Below, piece after piece: positions 24,581-36,881 of a stretch of 64,000 nucleotides of DNA; within the stretch, counting starts at the first letter, position 1, and the number at the start of each line of letters is the position of its first letter. The translations under genes and the position numbers were made by a program. The notes under the pieces were generated by a model that did no database searches, was not told the origin of the DNA, and saw only the letters and a program-made list of their open reading frames with translations. Origin of the DNA: Eledone cirrhosa (Eukaryota); the NCBI GenBank assembly GCA_964016885.1, contig OZ024742.1, forward strand, positions 338,272,001 through 338,336,000, in the 5' to 3' direction.

Positions 24581-26284
24581 ATGATGGAGAAAAAAGCATA
24601 CCATTGTGTTACCTGTGGTCAATCTTTCCATTCTAATTCTTCTTTACGAAGCCATAAACATATTCACACTGGTAGAAGACAATTCCGTTGTGATATCTGT
24701 GGTAAAATATGTCCTAGTAATTCTTCTTTAACTATACACAAACGTAGTCACACTGGAGAAAAACCATACCAGTGTCAGATGTGTGAGAAAACCTTCTATG
24801 ATAATTCTTCTTTAACTATGCACAAACGTATTCACACTGGAGAAAAACCATACCGTTGTGAAATCTGTGGTAAAACTTTCTGTAGGAGAAATAATTTATT
24901 AACTCATTCTCGTAGTCACACAGGAGAAAAACCATACCACTGTGATATCTGTGGTAAAACATTTTCCAAAAAATATTATATAACTACACACAAACGTATT
25001 CATACAGGAGAGAAACCATACCATTGTGATATCTGTGGTAAAACATTGTCTGCTAAATCTTCTTTAACTGAACACAAACATATTCACACTGGAGAAAAAC
25101 CATACCATTGTGAGATCTGTGGTAAAGCTTTCTCTCAGAAAGGAAGTTTATTAACTCATTCTCGTATTCACACTGGAGAAAAACCATACAAATGTGAGAC
25201 ATGTGGTAAGAGTTTTGCACTGAGTCAATATTTATCTAACCACAAACTTATACATACAGGAGAGAAGCCATACCACTGTGATATTTGTGGTAAGACATTC
25301 CGTCTAAATAGACAGTTATTACTACACAAACGTATCCACACAGGCGAGAAACCACACCACTGTGATATTTGTGGTAAAGCCTTTAGACTTTCTGGTCATT
25401 TAACTCTACACAAACGTACTCACACTGGAGAGAAACCATTTCATTGTGATATCTGTGGTAAGTCATCCACAAACAGTTTTAATTTAGCCAAACACAAACT
25501 TGTTCATACTGGAGATAAACCATATCCTTGTGATATCTGTGGTAAAAACTTTTCTACTAATGGAGATTTAACCAGACACAAACGTATTCACACAGGAGAG
25601 AAGCCATACCATTGTGATATCTGTGGTAAAACATTCACTGACTCGAGTTCTGTTTCATCTCATAAACGTATTCATACTGGACAAAGACAATATCCTTGTA
25701 ATATCTGTGGTAAAACATTCACAACTGGTAATTCTTTATCTAACCACCAAAATATTCACACAGGAGAGAAGCCACACCAATGCGATATCTGTGGTAAAGC
25801 ATTTTCTGAGAAGTGTAATTTATTGAGGCATAAACGTCTTCACACAGGAGAAAAACCACATCACTGTGATATCTGTAGTAAGACCTTCTCTGATAGTGCT
25901 TCCTTGAAAATACACACCCGTACTCACACAGGAGAGAAGCCATACTGGTGTAATATCTGTGGTAAATCATTCTCTCAAAGCAGTCATTTGTTGACCCATA
26001 AACGTATTCACACAGGAGAGAAACCATATCACTGTGATATCTGTGGTAAGTCATTCTCAACTATTGGTTCTTTAGCCCAACACAAAACTATTCATAGTGG
26101 AGATAAACCATACCCTTGTGATATCTGTGGTAAATATTATTCTACTAATATTATTTTAACTAGACACAAACTTATTCACACGGGAGAGAAGCCATATCAT
26201 TGTGTTATATGTGGTAAAACGTTCTGTGACCCGAGTTCTCTTTCATCTCATAAACATATTCATACTGGACTTACTAACAATTAA
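24581..26284 (+). CDS. Poly-C2H2 zinc-finger protein, copy 2 (20 fingers), truncated by a frameshifting rearrangement
   Basis: 567-aa ORF; at ~26271 the sequence ttactaacaattaac replaces the start of finger 21 and gives TAA. Confidence 0.9.
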   Translation: MMEKKAYHCVTCGQSFHSNSSLRSHKHIHTGRRQFRCDICGKICPSNSSLTIHKRSHTGEKPYQCQMCEKTFYDNSSLTMHKRIHTGEKPYRCEICGKTFCRRNNLLTHSRSHTGEKPYHCDICGKTFSKKYYITTHKRIHTGEKPYHCDICGKTLSAKSSLTEHKHIHTGEKPYHCEICGKAFSQKGSLLTHSRIHTGEKPYKCETCGKSFALSQYLSNHKLIHTGEKPYHCDICGKTFRLNRQLLLHKRIHTGEKPHHCDICGKAFRLSGHLTLHKRTHTGEKPFHCDICGKSSTNSFNLAKHKLVHTGDKPYPCDICGKNFSTNGDLTRHKRIHTGEKPYHCDICGKTFTDSSSVSSHKRIHTGQRQYPCNICGKTFTTGNSLSNHQNIHTGEKPHQCDICGKAFSEKCNLLRHKRLHTGEKPHHCDICSKTFSDSASLKIHTRTHTGEKPYWCNICGKSFSQSSHLLTHKRIHTGEKPYHCDICGKSFSTIGSLAQHKTIHSGDKPYPCDICGKYYSTNIILTRHKLIHTGEKPYHCVICGKTFCDPSSLSSHKHIHTGLTNN

Positions 26285-26876
26285 CATATTAACAACTGGT
26301 AATTCTTTATCTAAACACCAAACTATTCACACAGGAGAGAAGCCACACCAATGTGATATCTGTGGTAAAGCATTTTCTCGAAAAAGTAGTTTGTCGACAC
26401 ATAAACGTCTTCACACAGGAAAGAAACCATACCATTGTGACTTCTGTCGTAAGACCTTTTCTTGTAGTAGCGCTTTGATACAACACATCCATTCTCATAC
26501 AGGAGAGAAACCATGCCAGTGTGATATCTGTGGTAAATCATTCCCTCAAAGTAGTCATTTATTGAACCATAAACGTATTCACACAGGAGAGAAACCATAT
26601 CACTGTGATATCTGTGGTAAGTCATTCTCGTATAGTTCTTCATTAGCCAAACACAAACCTATTCATACTGGAGATAAACTATACCCTTGTGATTTCTGTG
26701 GTAAAACATTCACTCACCTGAGTACTCTTTCATCTCATAAACATATTCATGCTGGACACACTGAAGGAAGACAATATCATTGTAATATCTGTGATAAATC
26801 ATTCTCTCAAAATAGTAATTTATTAAACCATAAACGTATTCACAAAGGTAATAAACCTAAAAAGACACTGAACTGA
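26285..26876 (+). pseudogene. Out-of-frame tail of copy 2 (half of finger 21 plus 6 intact fingers; linker GAG intact)
   Basis: ORF 26202..26876 encodes [20 protein letters not shown] followed by six fingers with all C/C/H/H ligands. Confidence 0.8.
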
Positions 26877-27850
26877 GAGGAATAAAGTGAACACACTCCA
26901 AACTCTGTCACAGACATGTTTTCACTTCTCTCTGCTTTTTCTACCACAACTCCAGTGGCCTCTGTTCCTCATAGGTGGCTACTTTTGTAACAACTCTACT
27001 GAAGTTCTCCTAACGTACTTAAGTCATATGTCACTTCCGATATTGCCTGCCAACACTACCTACTTACACTGCATAATCAACATCATTTTCCATTGACTGT
27101 TCTATACTGGCATGGGATGGATGGGACATTTTGAGGCAATGTTTTACAGCTACCAATCTTTCAGTCACTTCCTATGGCATGCGGGTATATGGTCTACATA
27201 TTCTAAACCGGATACACTAATTTTGTCACTGTTGTGCAATGTTTTTTAATTATTTTGAATAAAAACCGCCTGATCGCCTATAGATCCAGGGAGCATTCTA
27301 GTCAGATAGATTTTATCCTTACCAGAGGACGTGATAAATGAATGGTTGTAAACACGAAAGCCTTCCCTGGTGAGGAATGTGCCTCCCAACAGAATCTAGT
27401 AGTCAACGACCTCATTGTCAGAGAAAGAGTAAAAGGTCTGTAGATAGTGAATGGCTACATTGTTAACCTCTCACAGACTGCTACTTCGGAGTCTCTCTGG
27501 TGAACACTAAGTACTTGTATTTATAATAACCCTATAGCTAGAAGGATGTGTATATGAGTTGATTTATGAGTAGCCATGTGTGTTTCATTTGTCAAGAACC
27601 TGGAGTCACAAGTCATGTGGTTTATATGTTTATCATAGTTGTCTCTTGACAGGACAGTGGTGGGAACTCCCAACAATAGGTGGTTTTAGAGGTGAGAACC
27701 CTCAGATTTGGTTTTGAATCTTCGCCAGGTAAAATATAGGAGTATTCCGTTACAGTCCAAGTATACAGAAAAGCCAAATTGTACCAACTTTGGCAGCACT
27801 GCTTGAGTCTACCATTGTAGCCGTAGGTCAATTCTAATCCAGTAGTTTTT

Positions 27851-28250
27851 GATGGAAACCGCGGAGTGGGGTGGCCCAAGAAGACCTGGGATGAGGTGAT
27901 AAAAGCCAACCATACCCAATTTCACCTCTCACGGGTACAAGCCGAAGCTGAAGCATACAGACAATATGCCCCCACACCCTCCCACTGCAAAGTGGTCATT
28001 GAGATGCCATGGCAAAAAAGCACCAATCCCACACTGTAAAGTGGATGTGTAGGCGCCATGGAAATAAAGCACCAAGCACTCACTGTAAATGAGGTGGGCG
28101 TTAGGAAGGGCATCCAGCTGTAGAAATCAAGCCAGAATCAGTTCCTGTATGAGCAAGGCATGGTCAACCGACCGGCTACTGCCCACAACAGGACAACCCG
28201 TCTAACCCATGCTAGCGTGGAAGAACGGACGTAAAACGTTAATGATGATA
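27851..28250 (+). mobile_element. RTE 3' end / RTE-tailed SINE insertion specific to unit 2
   Basis: PKKTWDEV-like coding remnant followed by ttaggaagggcatccagctgtagaaa and the ccatgctagc...ggacgtaaaacg..tgatgat tail. Confidence 0.65.
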
Positions 28251-29579
28251 TAATCAGTTGAATGACTACATTTGTTGTTCCTCTTATACAGTGACTCTAT
28301 TTAGTTGAGAACAATACTGCACACTCTGATGCAGCATAGCAGTCTGGGCATGTACTTTTTTCCCTGCCCAGTATATTTCCTCTGCAGTTAACTACTTATG
28401 TTGTACCTCCTATGAGACTAGAGATGCTGTCTTACATGGCTGCGTTTGTAAGGCTACGTCTTTAGTTTGCTGTCTTTTGTAAATTGATCATGGAAACATG
28501 AAGGAAAAGGATAGCTTCATTATTTGAATACTTTTCTTATTGAAATGTAGAATATAAAATTAAGAGAAAAATACTTCAATTACTGAAAATGAAACTTAAA
28601 CTTCAGAATAATCAATAGAGTTAAAGTGTGTATGGGGTGAGGTGAAGGAAGATGTAGAGAAATAGTTGAAAGATTATATTAGAAGTAAATGATTCAATAT
28701 GTCTTGCCATTAAGACTTGATAATTTGTCCAAGGTGGTTCAACTAGTCATGTTCCGAATAATCAACTGAGCGATGCTGCAAATGTATGTTTGCAGTTTCC
28801 TCATGTGATTCTTTCGCCACCAAAGAGTACACAGCAGTCTGTATAAGTTGGAGGTTGGCATAAGAATGGGCAATCTCACCTACACTGTGTTGGCAATGGA
28901 GGTCATCCTGAAGGTAGCAATGTGTTGGTTAGGTACAACAGTGCTTGGAGAGGGATTTCGAATGGATCCTCTAAAAGCCTTCATGGACGACACTACAGTC
29001 CTTGCCACAAAGGAAGATGAAATACGTAGGGTATTGGAACAGTTGACTAAGGTAGTTGAATCTTCCAGAATGAGGTTGAAACAAAAAAAATCCCTTACAA
29101 TCAAAGAAATAATGAGAAGCACTCAGGCCAATAGGCAAGGACTGGCTGTATAAAAATGGAATGGTCGTTAAAGGTCAGTGGACAGATGAGGAGAGGTCTA
29201 ATTAGAGAATTCCAGACGGCAGTACAGCAGAGCCAACAGTGTCTGGATGGTTTGTGGCATAAGGCAGAATCAGAATCATTTTGAACATGAATTTAGTGAA
29301 GTGGGGCTAATCAGATAGACCCGAGTACACACTCTGCCAGGGTAGACAGACGGTGGAACACATTCTGAGCTCATGCAGAGTAGTACTAGCCCAAGGTAGA
29401 TGCATGTGGAGACACAATTAAGTAGTTAAGGAAATCGTACATGTCATAAGTACAACAAAAACAAAACCCATTGTACGAGAATCTCCAACATCATTCTATA
29501 TGGCAGGGGGCAGCAAATGAAGGCTAGGAACAGCTATGCCATACAGGGTACAAGAATCGAGTTTTCTGAATTGTACGTA

Positions 29580-32115
29580 TTGTGGGTATGGTGTGGTGTG
29601 CGGTGGCCGGAAGCTGGGGAGTGCTCGACCGGAAGAGTGCTTGGCCGGAAGGGTGCTCGACCGGAAGGGCCAGCAGGTCGGTCTCTCTCTAGTGGTGATC
29701 AGGTGTTAATGAGTTGGACGCACGTGGAAGAGGAGAAACCAGCCATGGGATTTAGCAGCGCCTATGAAAAGCGGTAAGTGAGATAGCTTTTTCCAACCAC
29801 AAACTATTTCGGCACTGGAAACTGAGATCTGATTTTTAAAAAAAAAAAAAACTTTCTAGAAACCAAAGCTACTGGAAAAACAGAGAGGAGTCTGTTGTTT
29901 TTTTTTTATTACGTACCGCAAGACAAATTAGGATATGGTGACGAGACTACGAACGAGCGAAGCGATTAGGGCATTTACTGGTGAAGGCGATGTTGTCGCT
30001 TGGCTGTGAAAAGTCAGGCTAGTCGCAAGCTTACAGAAGATAGATGTGGCTGGCCTCATGGCACTGTAGCTCGAGGGGGACGCGTTGGTACTCTTCCTTG
30101 AGTTGGATGAACACAGCCAAAGGGATGCGCAAAAGATTGAGAGGCTCATGATGGAAGCGTTCGCGGAGGGACCGTTAGCTTTTTTTGCTATGCTGGCAAG
30201 AATTAGATGGAACGGTGAACGCGTTGACATTTTCGCAGCGGAAATACGGCGATTGGCCATGTTGGCTGGATATCAGGTGGAATGCGAACGCACGGTGCGG
30301 TTGGCGTTCATAAATGGATTTCCAGACGACATAGCGGTGAAACTGCAGCAAGTCCCGGGTTACAAAGGAATGGAGATGCGTTCACTGGTGGAGCAAGCCC
30401 GGATCATAGCAGAAGATGCCAAGCAGAGTGTCGCGGCGATAGCACATACAGTGGCTCAAGACAGCTGGCAGCGAAATGGTGAAAGGGAGGCACATGGCGA
30501 GAGACTGTAGAGAGTCAAGGAAATATGCTACCGGTGTAAGCGACCAGGCCACATCGCTACTAACTGCAACCAGGGAAACGATCCAAGGGGAACTACTGCG
30601 CCGGTAGTTGCCTCTTACAAGTAGAGGCGCTGCCCGTGGTGGATGTCTTCGTGAGGGGAAAACCACAGCGAGCCCTCGTGGACACAGGTTGTACGACAAC
30701 GCGGGGGTGGCACAGAGGGGGAGAGGGAAGAGCAGCGTAAGGGCAGTCGACGGCAGGAAAATTAAATGCCGTGGTCGCAGCGAGATGGGGAAGGAAAATA
30801 AGGCTTTCTGCCATCGTAGTTGACAACGTGGTGAATGGGATCGGCGTGGATATGGGCATGGACGCAATTGGCCGTCTAGGAGGCATCACAGTGAACAACA
30901 TCGGTGTGTCGTTTGGCGGCGCTGTGAGTACGTGACAGGAGAACCAGAAGGCCCACGAGGAGAAATACCCCGCTTACACTGCAGGACAAAGACTTCAAGG
31001 CCGTGTTTGATGGGCAGCGATGGGTTGTTGAGTGGTACTGGAAGGGAGAACCACCATCACTGAAGACCAAAGTGGGCTGCTATCAACACACATTGAAGGG
31101 AAACATTAGGAGCGAGTTCGGACGAGAGGTAGAGAGATGGATTGAAGAGGGCATACTGCTTCCCTGGAAAGAGGAGGTGAAGTGCGGAGTATTGCCGTTA
31201 ATGGCGGTGGCGCAACCCACGAAGAACAAGGTGAGGCTGGTACTGGACTTTCGGGAGCTGAACGAGCACATGTCATGCCACATTGGTGGCGAGGTCACGG
31301 ATGTCTGTGGGGAAACCCTGCGTGAGTGGAGACGCATGACGGGGGGTGGGGGGGGGGGTTGTTCCGCAATCGTAGATCTAAAGTCGGCATACTTGCAATT
31401 ACATATAGATGAGAATCTCTGGCAGTATCAGCTGGTCAGGTATAAGGGCCGGACATATTGCCTAATCAGGCTCAGTTTCGGGCTGAGCTCCGCACCGAAG
31501 ATCATGGCGGCGGTCCTCAAGACCATTCTGGGAAAGGCCGACAAGATGAAGAGGGCCGCTAATTCCTACATTGACGACATCCTAGTGGACGAGTCTGTAG
31601 TGTCGGCGGCGGAGGTCATGAGCCATTTACAGGGGTATGGACTGGCTGCGAAGCTGTCAGAAGCATTGGAGGGAGGAGCCGCGCTGGGACTTAGGCTACG
31701 GCGAGACAGGACAGGCGTCTTGGTATTCCAGAGGGGAAATGAAGTTCCAGAACTGGGCCCAAGTATGAGTAGGCGGGAGCTTTTCTCGGTGTGTGGAAAG
31801 TTTGTGGGTCACTACCCGATTGCTGGGTGGCTCCGGACGGCATGCAGCTATGTCAAGAGACGAGCGCGAGGGGTCACAGAGTGGGAGAGAGGATGGTGGC
31901 CATGATGCAGGAGATTGTGGAGAGGGTGAAGGCCGACGACCCAGTGCGGGGACGCTGGTACGTTCCCAAATCGCAGAGCGGGACCGTATGGGGCGATGCC
32001 AGCAGCATAGCGCTGGGTGTCACGTTGGAGATAGGAGGTGTTGAGGCCGAGGATGCAGCCTAGCTTAGGAAGAAGGACGACTGCAACCGCATTAATGTGG
32101 CCGAACTGAACGCGG
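29580..32115 (+). mobile_element. Degenerate, 3'-truncated Gypsy/Ty3-like LTR retrotransposon (gag-PR-RT-RNase H)
   Basis: CYRCKRPGHIATNC knuckle, ALVDTGC protease, IVDLKSAYLQL, FGLSSAP, YIDDI, GDASSIALG..INVAELNAV; GC-rich; no integrase or 3' LTR seen. Confidence 0.8.
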
Positions 32116-32273
32116 TATCCTTTTCTCTCACTACGTTATGCAACTACTCTTTCTCTTTCTCACTTTTCCACCATTTCATTTCATACACGATTCTCCTTTC
32201 TTATTACTTCACACTTTCCCTCTTTCTCTTTTTTCTCCCTCACCTTATTTACTGCGGAATTATATGTTTATTT

Positions 32274-32471
32274 ACTTCCGCCCGCCATTACTTTTCCTTA
32301 ATTCTCAGTCAAAATATTTTGGTCTGAAATTTTACATCTTTTCACTTCTCACCTTTCTGATATAAAGTATCTTTATCTGAAATATATTATCTGTCCCACA
32401 CGGAACATATGAGATTAACAATAGAGAAATATTTGAATTGAAAAACTATCGGAGGAACATACGAAGAAGAG
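32274..32471 (+). promoter_or_regulatory. Putative promoter and first exon for copy 3 (intron 32472-34425)
   Basis: Same motif and GAG|GTAAGT donor; acceptor tatatttcAG at 34425. Confidence 0.55.
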
Positions 32472-34005
32472 GTAAGTAATTTTGAAAGAATTTATTTGTG
32501 AAATTTTATTAATAAACGTGAATTGTTGATGATATTCTGTGTAACTTACGACATATAAATATATATGAATAAATAATCTACAAACGATCAACGTGACAAC
32601 ATCTGTTTAATTAACAAAATTACATTTGTTCCACCTCGACTCTATTTTATCAACATTGGCCGCCAATTATGTTATTAAACCAACTCCTTTCCCTTCCCAA
32701 TTGTCATATTTATAGGATATTATATTCTCTTCCAAATTATCGTAGATGTATGATATTATGTTTAGTATCGTCCTAATTATCTTCGATATACAATATAATA
32801 TAAATATTAGACATTTGATGTCAGTTAAATTTGTATAAACTACAGGCGAGTTACGGTTAATGGGCAAAGAAAACTCCGGGAGAGGGATAAATGCCCCCTC
32901 CCCTCGGAATACGAGGGGGGGGGGAGGTGAAGTTATCCCTCGGATCTGTCCTTACCATCTTATGTGCAGGTAGGACACGCCTCCTCCCCCAACCCCCCAA
33001 AAATAACACGGGGATTGAAATGATAAAGAAAAACTACGTAAGGGTAATAAGTTCGAAGACCCCTCTCCGCCCTCCATTTTCCAGGGAAAAAAGTCTTCAT
33101 GACCACATTAGGGAGGTAAGTTCAATTGATAGAGCACGAAGGAAAAACAAATTATCTCCTACTGAAAACGGTGGGGATATCTTAATATAGATCTACCCTA
33201 TATCATTCTAAAATAACAGGAATTATCGGCAAACTATTTTTTTAGCCTGTCACATTCTAATTTAATTTGGTGAGCTAGACCTCTGACTACGAGGTTCTTG
33301 TCACTGTTAGTTTCTCACCTTATTTAATGTATTAAGTGATGTTCACGAGGGTGCCCGGTTATTCTAGCGGCAATACTCCTGTTTTGTTGACTTGCCTGAA
33401 AAGTTATTAGAGGGAAAATTCCAGTCCCTTTTGTGCTGTGTGATTGAGTGCCCTAACCACCCGCCTTTTTTTACATTTATACATAAGAATTTGACACGGT
33501 TCAGTTTATGCAAACAAAGGAAGCTGATTCCAGGGAGCTGGAACTGGTTCATAGCCCCACAACCCTGACACCGATCACCGCAGCTCCTTGCACTAGTTTT
33601 TGGTACTCTCCATCACTGACAGTCCTGTGCCAGCCTTTCTGCATTCTCCAAGGTGAAGTCGAGGGTGTGGTTCTTCGCCCAGTTCACCTGAAGGCCAAAC
33701 TTTGCCAATTTCTTCCTGAACCACTTGATCGAGTTGATGAATAAGGTTGTTCCAGAAAGCAATGCCAGAAACTTGTTCACAGACCTTGGGCATCAGATAG
33801 TCGATGTCACCGTTGAAGAGATCAGGGGCAAACATGCCCTTTCTGAAACTGCTGTTGACGGGGACCCAGATGGAGTCCTTCCCGTTCATCCACATGCAAC
33901 TCTTGGCACTGCTATAGAACCATTGGAGCAGGGTGGTGTGCCGAAGAGGCTGAGAATTTTCAATAGGGATGCGTGGTCGACTATGTCGAAAACTGCGTTG
34001 TGTTC

Positions 34006-34316
34006 AGAAAATCCAACTTTCGTATGGCCTATGGCCCGCATTAGTGGAAAAACTTAGCCGATTTTCCAGAAAATTTTAAGGCATATTATTCACATTAAAA
34101 AAATTCATTTTCTTGATCCCCCAGGGCCCGCATTAGGTGAAAACCTGCATTTGTCCTGCTTCATTGAGGAAAATCTTAAAGATTCTCCAGCCATCAGAGT
34201 ATTCGGTTTATTTTCTTTACATATTGTCCAGGCATGCAGTTTTTGCACGATTATGTCTGTTGGGGGCCCGCGTTCCAAAATACCTTATCCCGTGCAACGC
34301 AGGGTACCACTGCTAG
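34006..34316 (+). mobile_element. 3' part of a non-autonomous Helitron
   Basis: Ends with a cccgtgcaacgcaggg hairpin and CTAG|T. Confidence 0.55.
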
Positions 34317-34562
34317 TTATGTATATATTACCATGACTGTAGTCAAGACACTTTTCTCTAATGACTTATAATGTGTCAACAGTGAAAATATCCCTAATAT
34401 TTTATTCTCTCTTTATATATTTCAGATTATCTGAAACTATTTCTTTACAACTGAAACATCTTCAGACTTTCACAAAGATAACAGTTGAAGAAAATATAGT
34501 CTTGAAAATATTTTGTGAAAAATTCAAGAAGAAAAGTAATTTTCTGTTTTGTAAAGTTTGAA

Positions 34563-36344
34563 ATGATGGAGAAAAAAGCATACCATTGTGTTACCTGTGG
34601 TCAATCTTTCCATTCTAATTCTTCTTTACAAAGTCATAAACATATTCACAATGGAAGAAGACAATTTCGTTGTGATATCTGTGGTAAAATATGCCCTAGT
34701 AATTCTTCTTTAACTATACACAAACGTAGTCACACTGGAGAAAAACCATGCCAGTGTGAATTCTGTGAGAAAACCTTCTATGATAATTCTTCTTTAGCTA
34801 AACACAAACATATTCACACTGGAGAAAAGCCATACCATTGTAAAATCTGTGGTAAAGCTTTCTCTCAGAGAAGTAATTTATTAACTCATTCTCGTAGTCA
34901 CACAGGAGAAAAACCATACCACTGTGATATCTGTGGTAAAACATTTTCCCAAAAATATTACATACCTACACACAAACGTATTCATACAGGAGAGAAACCA
35001 TACCATTGTGATATTTGTGCTAAAACATTTTCTACAAAGCGTCAATTAAATGTACACAAGTATACTCACACAGGAGAACGACCATTTGAATGCGATATTT
35101 GTGGTAAAACATTTTCTAAAAAAAACATTTTAACGTACCATAAACATATTCATACGGGAGAAAAACCATACAAATGTGAGACATGTGGTAAGAGTTTTGC
35201 ACTGAGTCAGTATTTATCTCACCACAAACTTATACATACAGGAGAGAAGCCATACCACTGTGATATTTGTGGTAAGACATTCCTTCTAAAAAGACAGTTA
35301 TTACTACACAAACGTGTTCACACAGGCGAGAAGCCACACGATTGTGATATCTGTGGTAAAGCCTTCAGTCTTTCTGGTCATTTAACTCTACACAAACGTA
35401 CTCACACTGGAGAGAAACCATTTCGTTGTGATATCTGTGGTAAGTCAGCCACAACTAGTTCTGGTTTAGCCAAACACAAACTTGTTCATACTGGAGATAA
35501 ACCATATCCTTGTGATATCTGTGGGAAAAACTTTTCTACTAATCGTAGTTTAACCGCACACAAACGTATTCACACAGGTGAGAAGCCATACCATTGTGAT
35601 ATCTGTGGTAAAACATTCACTCACTCGAGTTCTGTTTCATCTCATAAACGTATTCATACTGGACAAAGACGATATCCTTGTAATATCTGTGGTAAAATAT
35701 TAACAACTGGTAATTCTTTATCTAACCACCAAAATATTCACACAGGAGAGAAGCCACACCAATGCGATATCTGTGGTAAAGCATTTTCTGAGAAGTGTAA
35801 TTTATTGAGGCATAAACGTCTTCACACAGGAGAAAAACCACATCACTGTGATATCTGTAGTAAGACCTTCTCTGATAGTGGTTCCTTGAAAATACACACC
35901 CGTTCTCACACAGGAGAGAAGCCATACCGGTGTGATATCTGTGGTAAATCATTGTCTCAAAAATGTCATTTGTTGACCCATAAACGTATTCACACAGGAG
36001 AGAAACCATATCACTGTGATATCTGTGGTAAGTCATTCTCAACTATTGGTTCTTTAGCCCAACACAAAACTATTCATAGTGGAGATAAACCATACCCTTG
36101 TGATATCTGTGGTAAATATTATTCTACTAATATTATTTTAACTAGGCACAAACTTATTCACACGGGAAAGAAGCCATATCATTGTGTTATATGTGGTAAA
36201 ACGTTCTGTGACCCGAGTTCTCTTTCATCTCATAAACATATTCATACTGGACATACTAGAGAAAAACATCATTGTAATATCTGTGGTAAAACATTCACAG
36301 CTAGTCATACTTTATCTAAACACCAAACTATTCACACAGGATAG
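34563..36344 (+). CDS. Poly-C2H2 zinc-finger protein, copy 3 (21 fingers), ending at the in-frame TAG
   Basis: MMEKKAYHC start at 34563 is homologous to the other copies; 593 aa; TAG at 36342-36344. Confidence 0.92.
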   Translation: MMEKKAYHCVTCGQSFHSNSSLQSHKHIHNGRRQFRCDICGKICPSNSSLTIHKRSHTGEKPCQCEFCEKTFYDNSSLAKHKHIHTGEKPYHCKICGKAFSQRSNLLTHSRSHTGEKPYHCDICGKTFSQKYYIPTHKRIHTGEKPYHCDICAKTFSTKRQLNVHKYTHTGERPFECDICGKTFSKKNILTYHKHIHTGEKPYKCETCGKSFALSQYLSHHKLIHTGEKPYHCDICGKTFLLKRQLLLHKRVHTGEKPHDCDICGKAFSLSGHLTLHKRTHTGEKPFRCDICGKSATTSSGLAKHKLVHTGDKPYPCDICGKNFSTNRSLTAHKRIHTGEKPYHCDICGKTFTHSSSVSSHKRIHTGQRRYPCNICGKILTTGNSLSNHQNIHTGEKPHQCDICGKAFSEKCNLLRHKRLHTGEKPHHCDICSKTFSDSGSLKIHTRSHTGEKPYRCDICGKSLSQKCHLLTHKRIHTGEKPYHCDICGKSFSTIGSLAQHKTIHSGDKPYPCDICGKYYSTNIILTRHKLIHTGKKPYHCVICGKTFCDPSSLSSHKHIHTGHTREKHHCNICGKTFTASHTLSKHQTIHTG

Positions 36345-36881
36345 AAGACACACCAATGTGATATCTGTAGTAAAGCATTTTTTCGAAACAGTAGTTTGTC
36401 GACACATAAACGTCTTCACACAGGAAAGAAACCATACCATTGTGACTTCTGTCGTAAGACCTTTTCTTGTAGTAGCGCTTTGATACAACACATCCGTTCT
36501 TACACAGGAGAGAAACCATACCAGTATGATATCTGTGGTAAATCATTTTCTCAAAGTCGTGATTTATTGAACCATAAACGTATTCACACAGGAGAGAAAC
36601 CATATCACTGTGATGTCTGTGGTAAGTCATTCTCGTATAGTTCTTCTTTAGACCACCACAAACCTATTCATACTGGAGATAAACCATACCCTTGTGATAT
36701 CTGTGATAAAACATTCACTCTCCTGAGTACTCTTTCATCTCATAAACATATTCATGCTGGACACACTGAAGGAAGACAATATCATTGTAATATCTGTGAT
36801 AAATCATTCTCTCAAAATAGTCATTTATTAAACCATAAACGTATTCACAAAGGTAATAAACCTAAAAAGACACTGAACTGA
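36345..36881 (+). pseudogene. In-frame post-stop tail of copy 3 (6 fingers, 2 degenerate)
   Basis: Open frame continues; HIRSY and YQYDIC have lost ligands; retains the SYSSSL finger missing in copies 1, 4 and 5. Confidence 0.8.

Noticed and set aside
34515-34562. 16-aa N-terminal extension of copy 3 in the ORF track
   Set aside because: Starts at GTG and arises from a 4-bp deletion; the homologous ATG is at 34563
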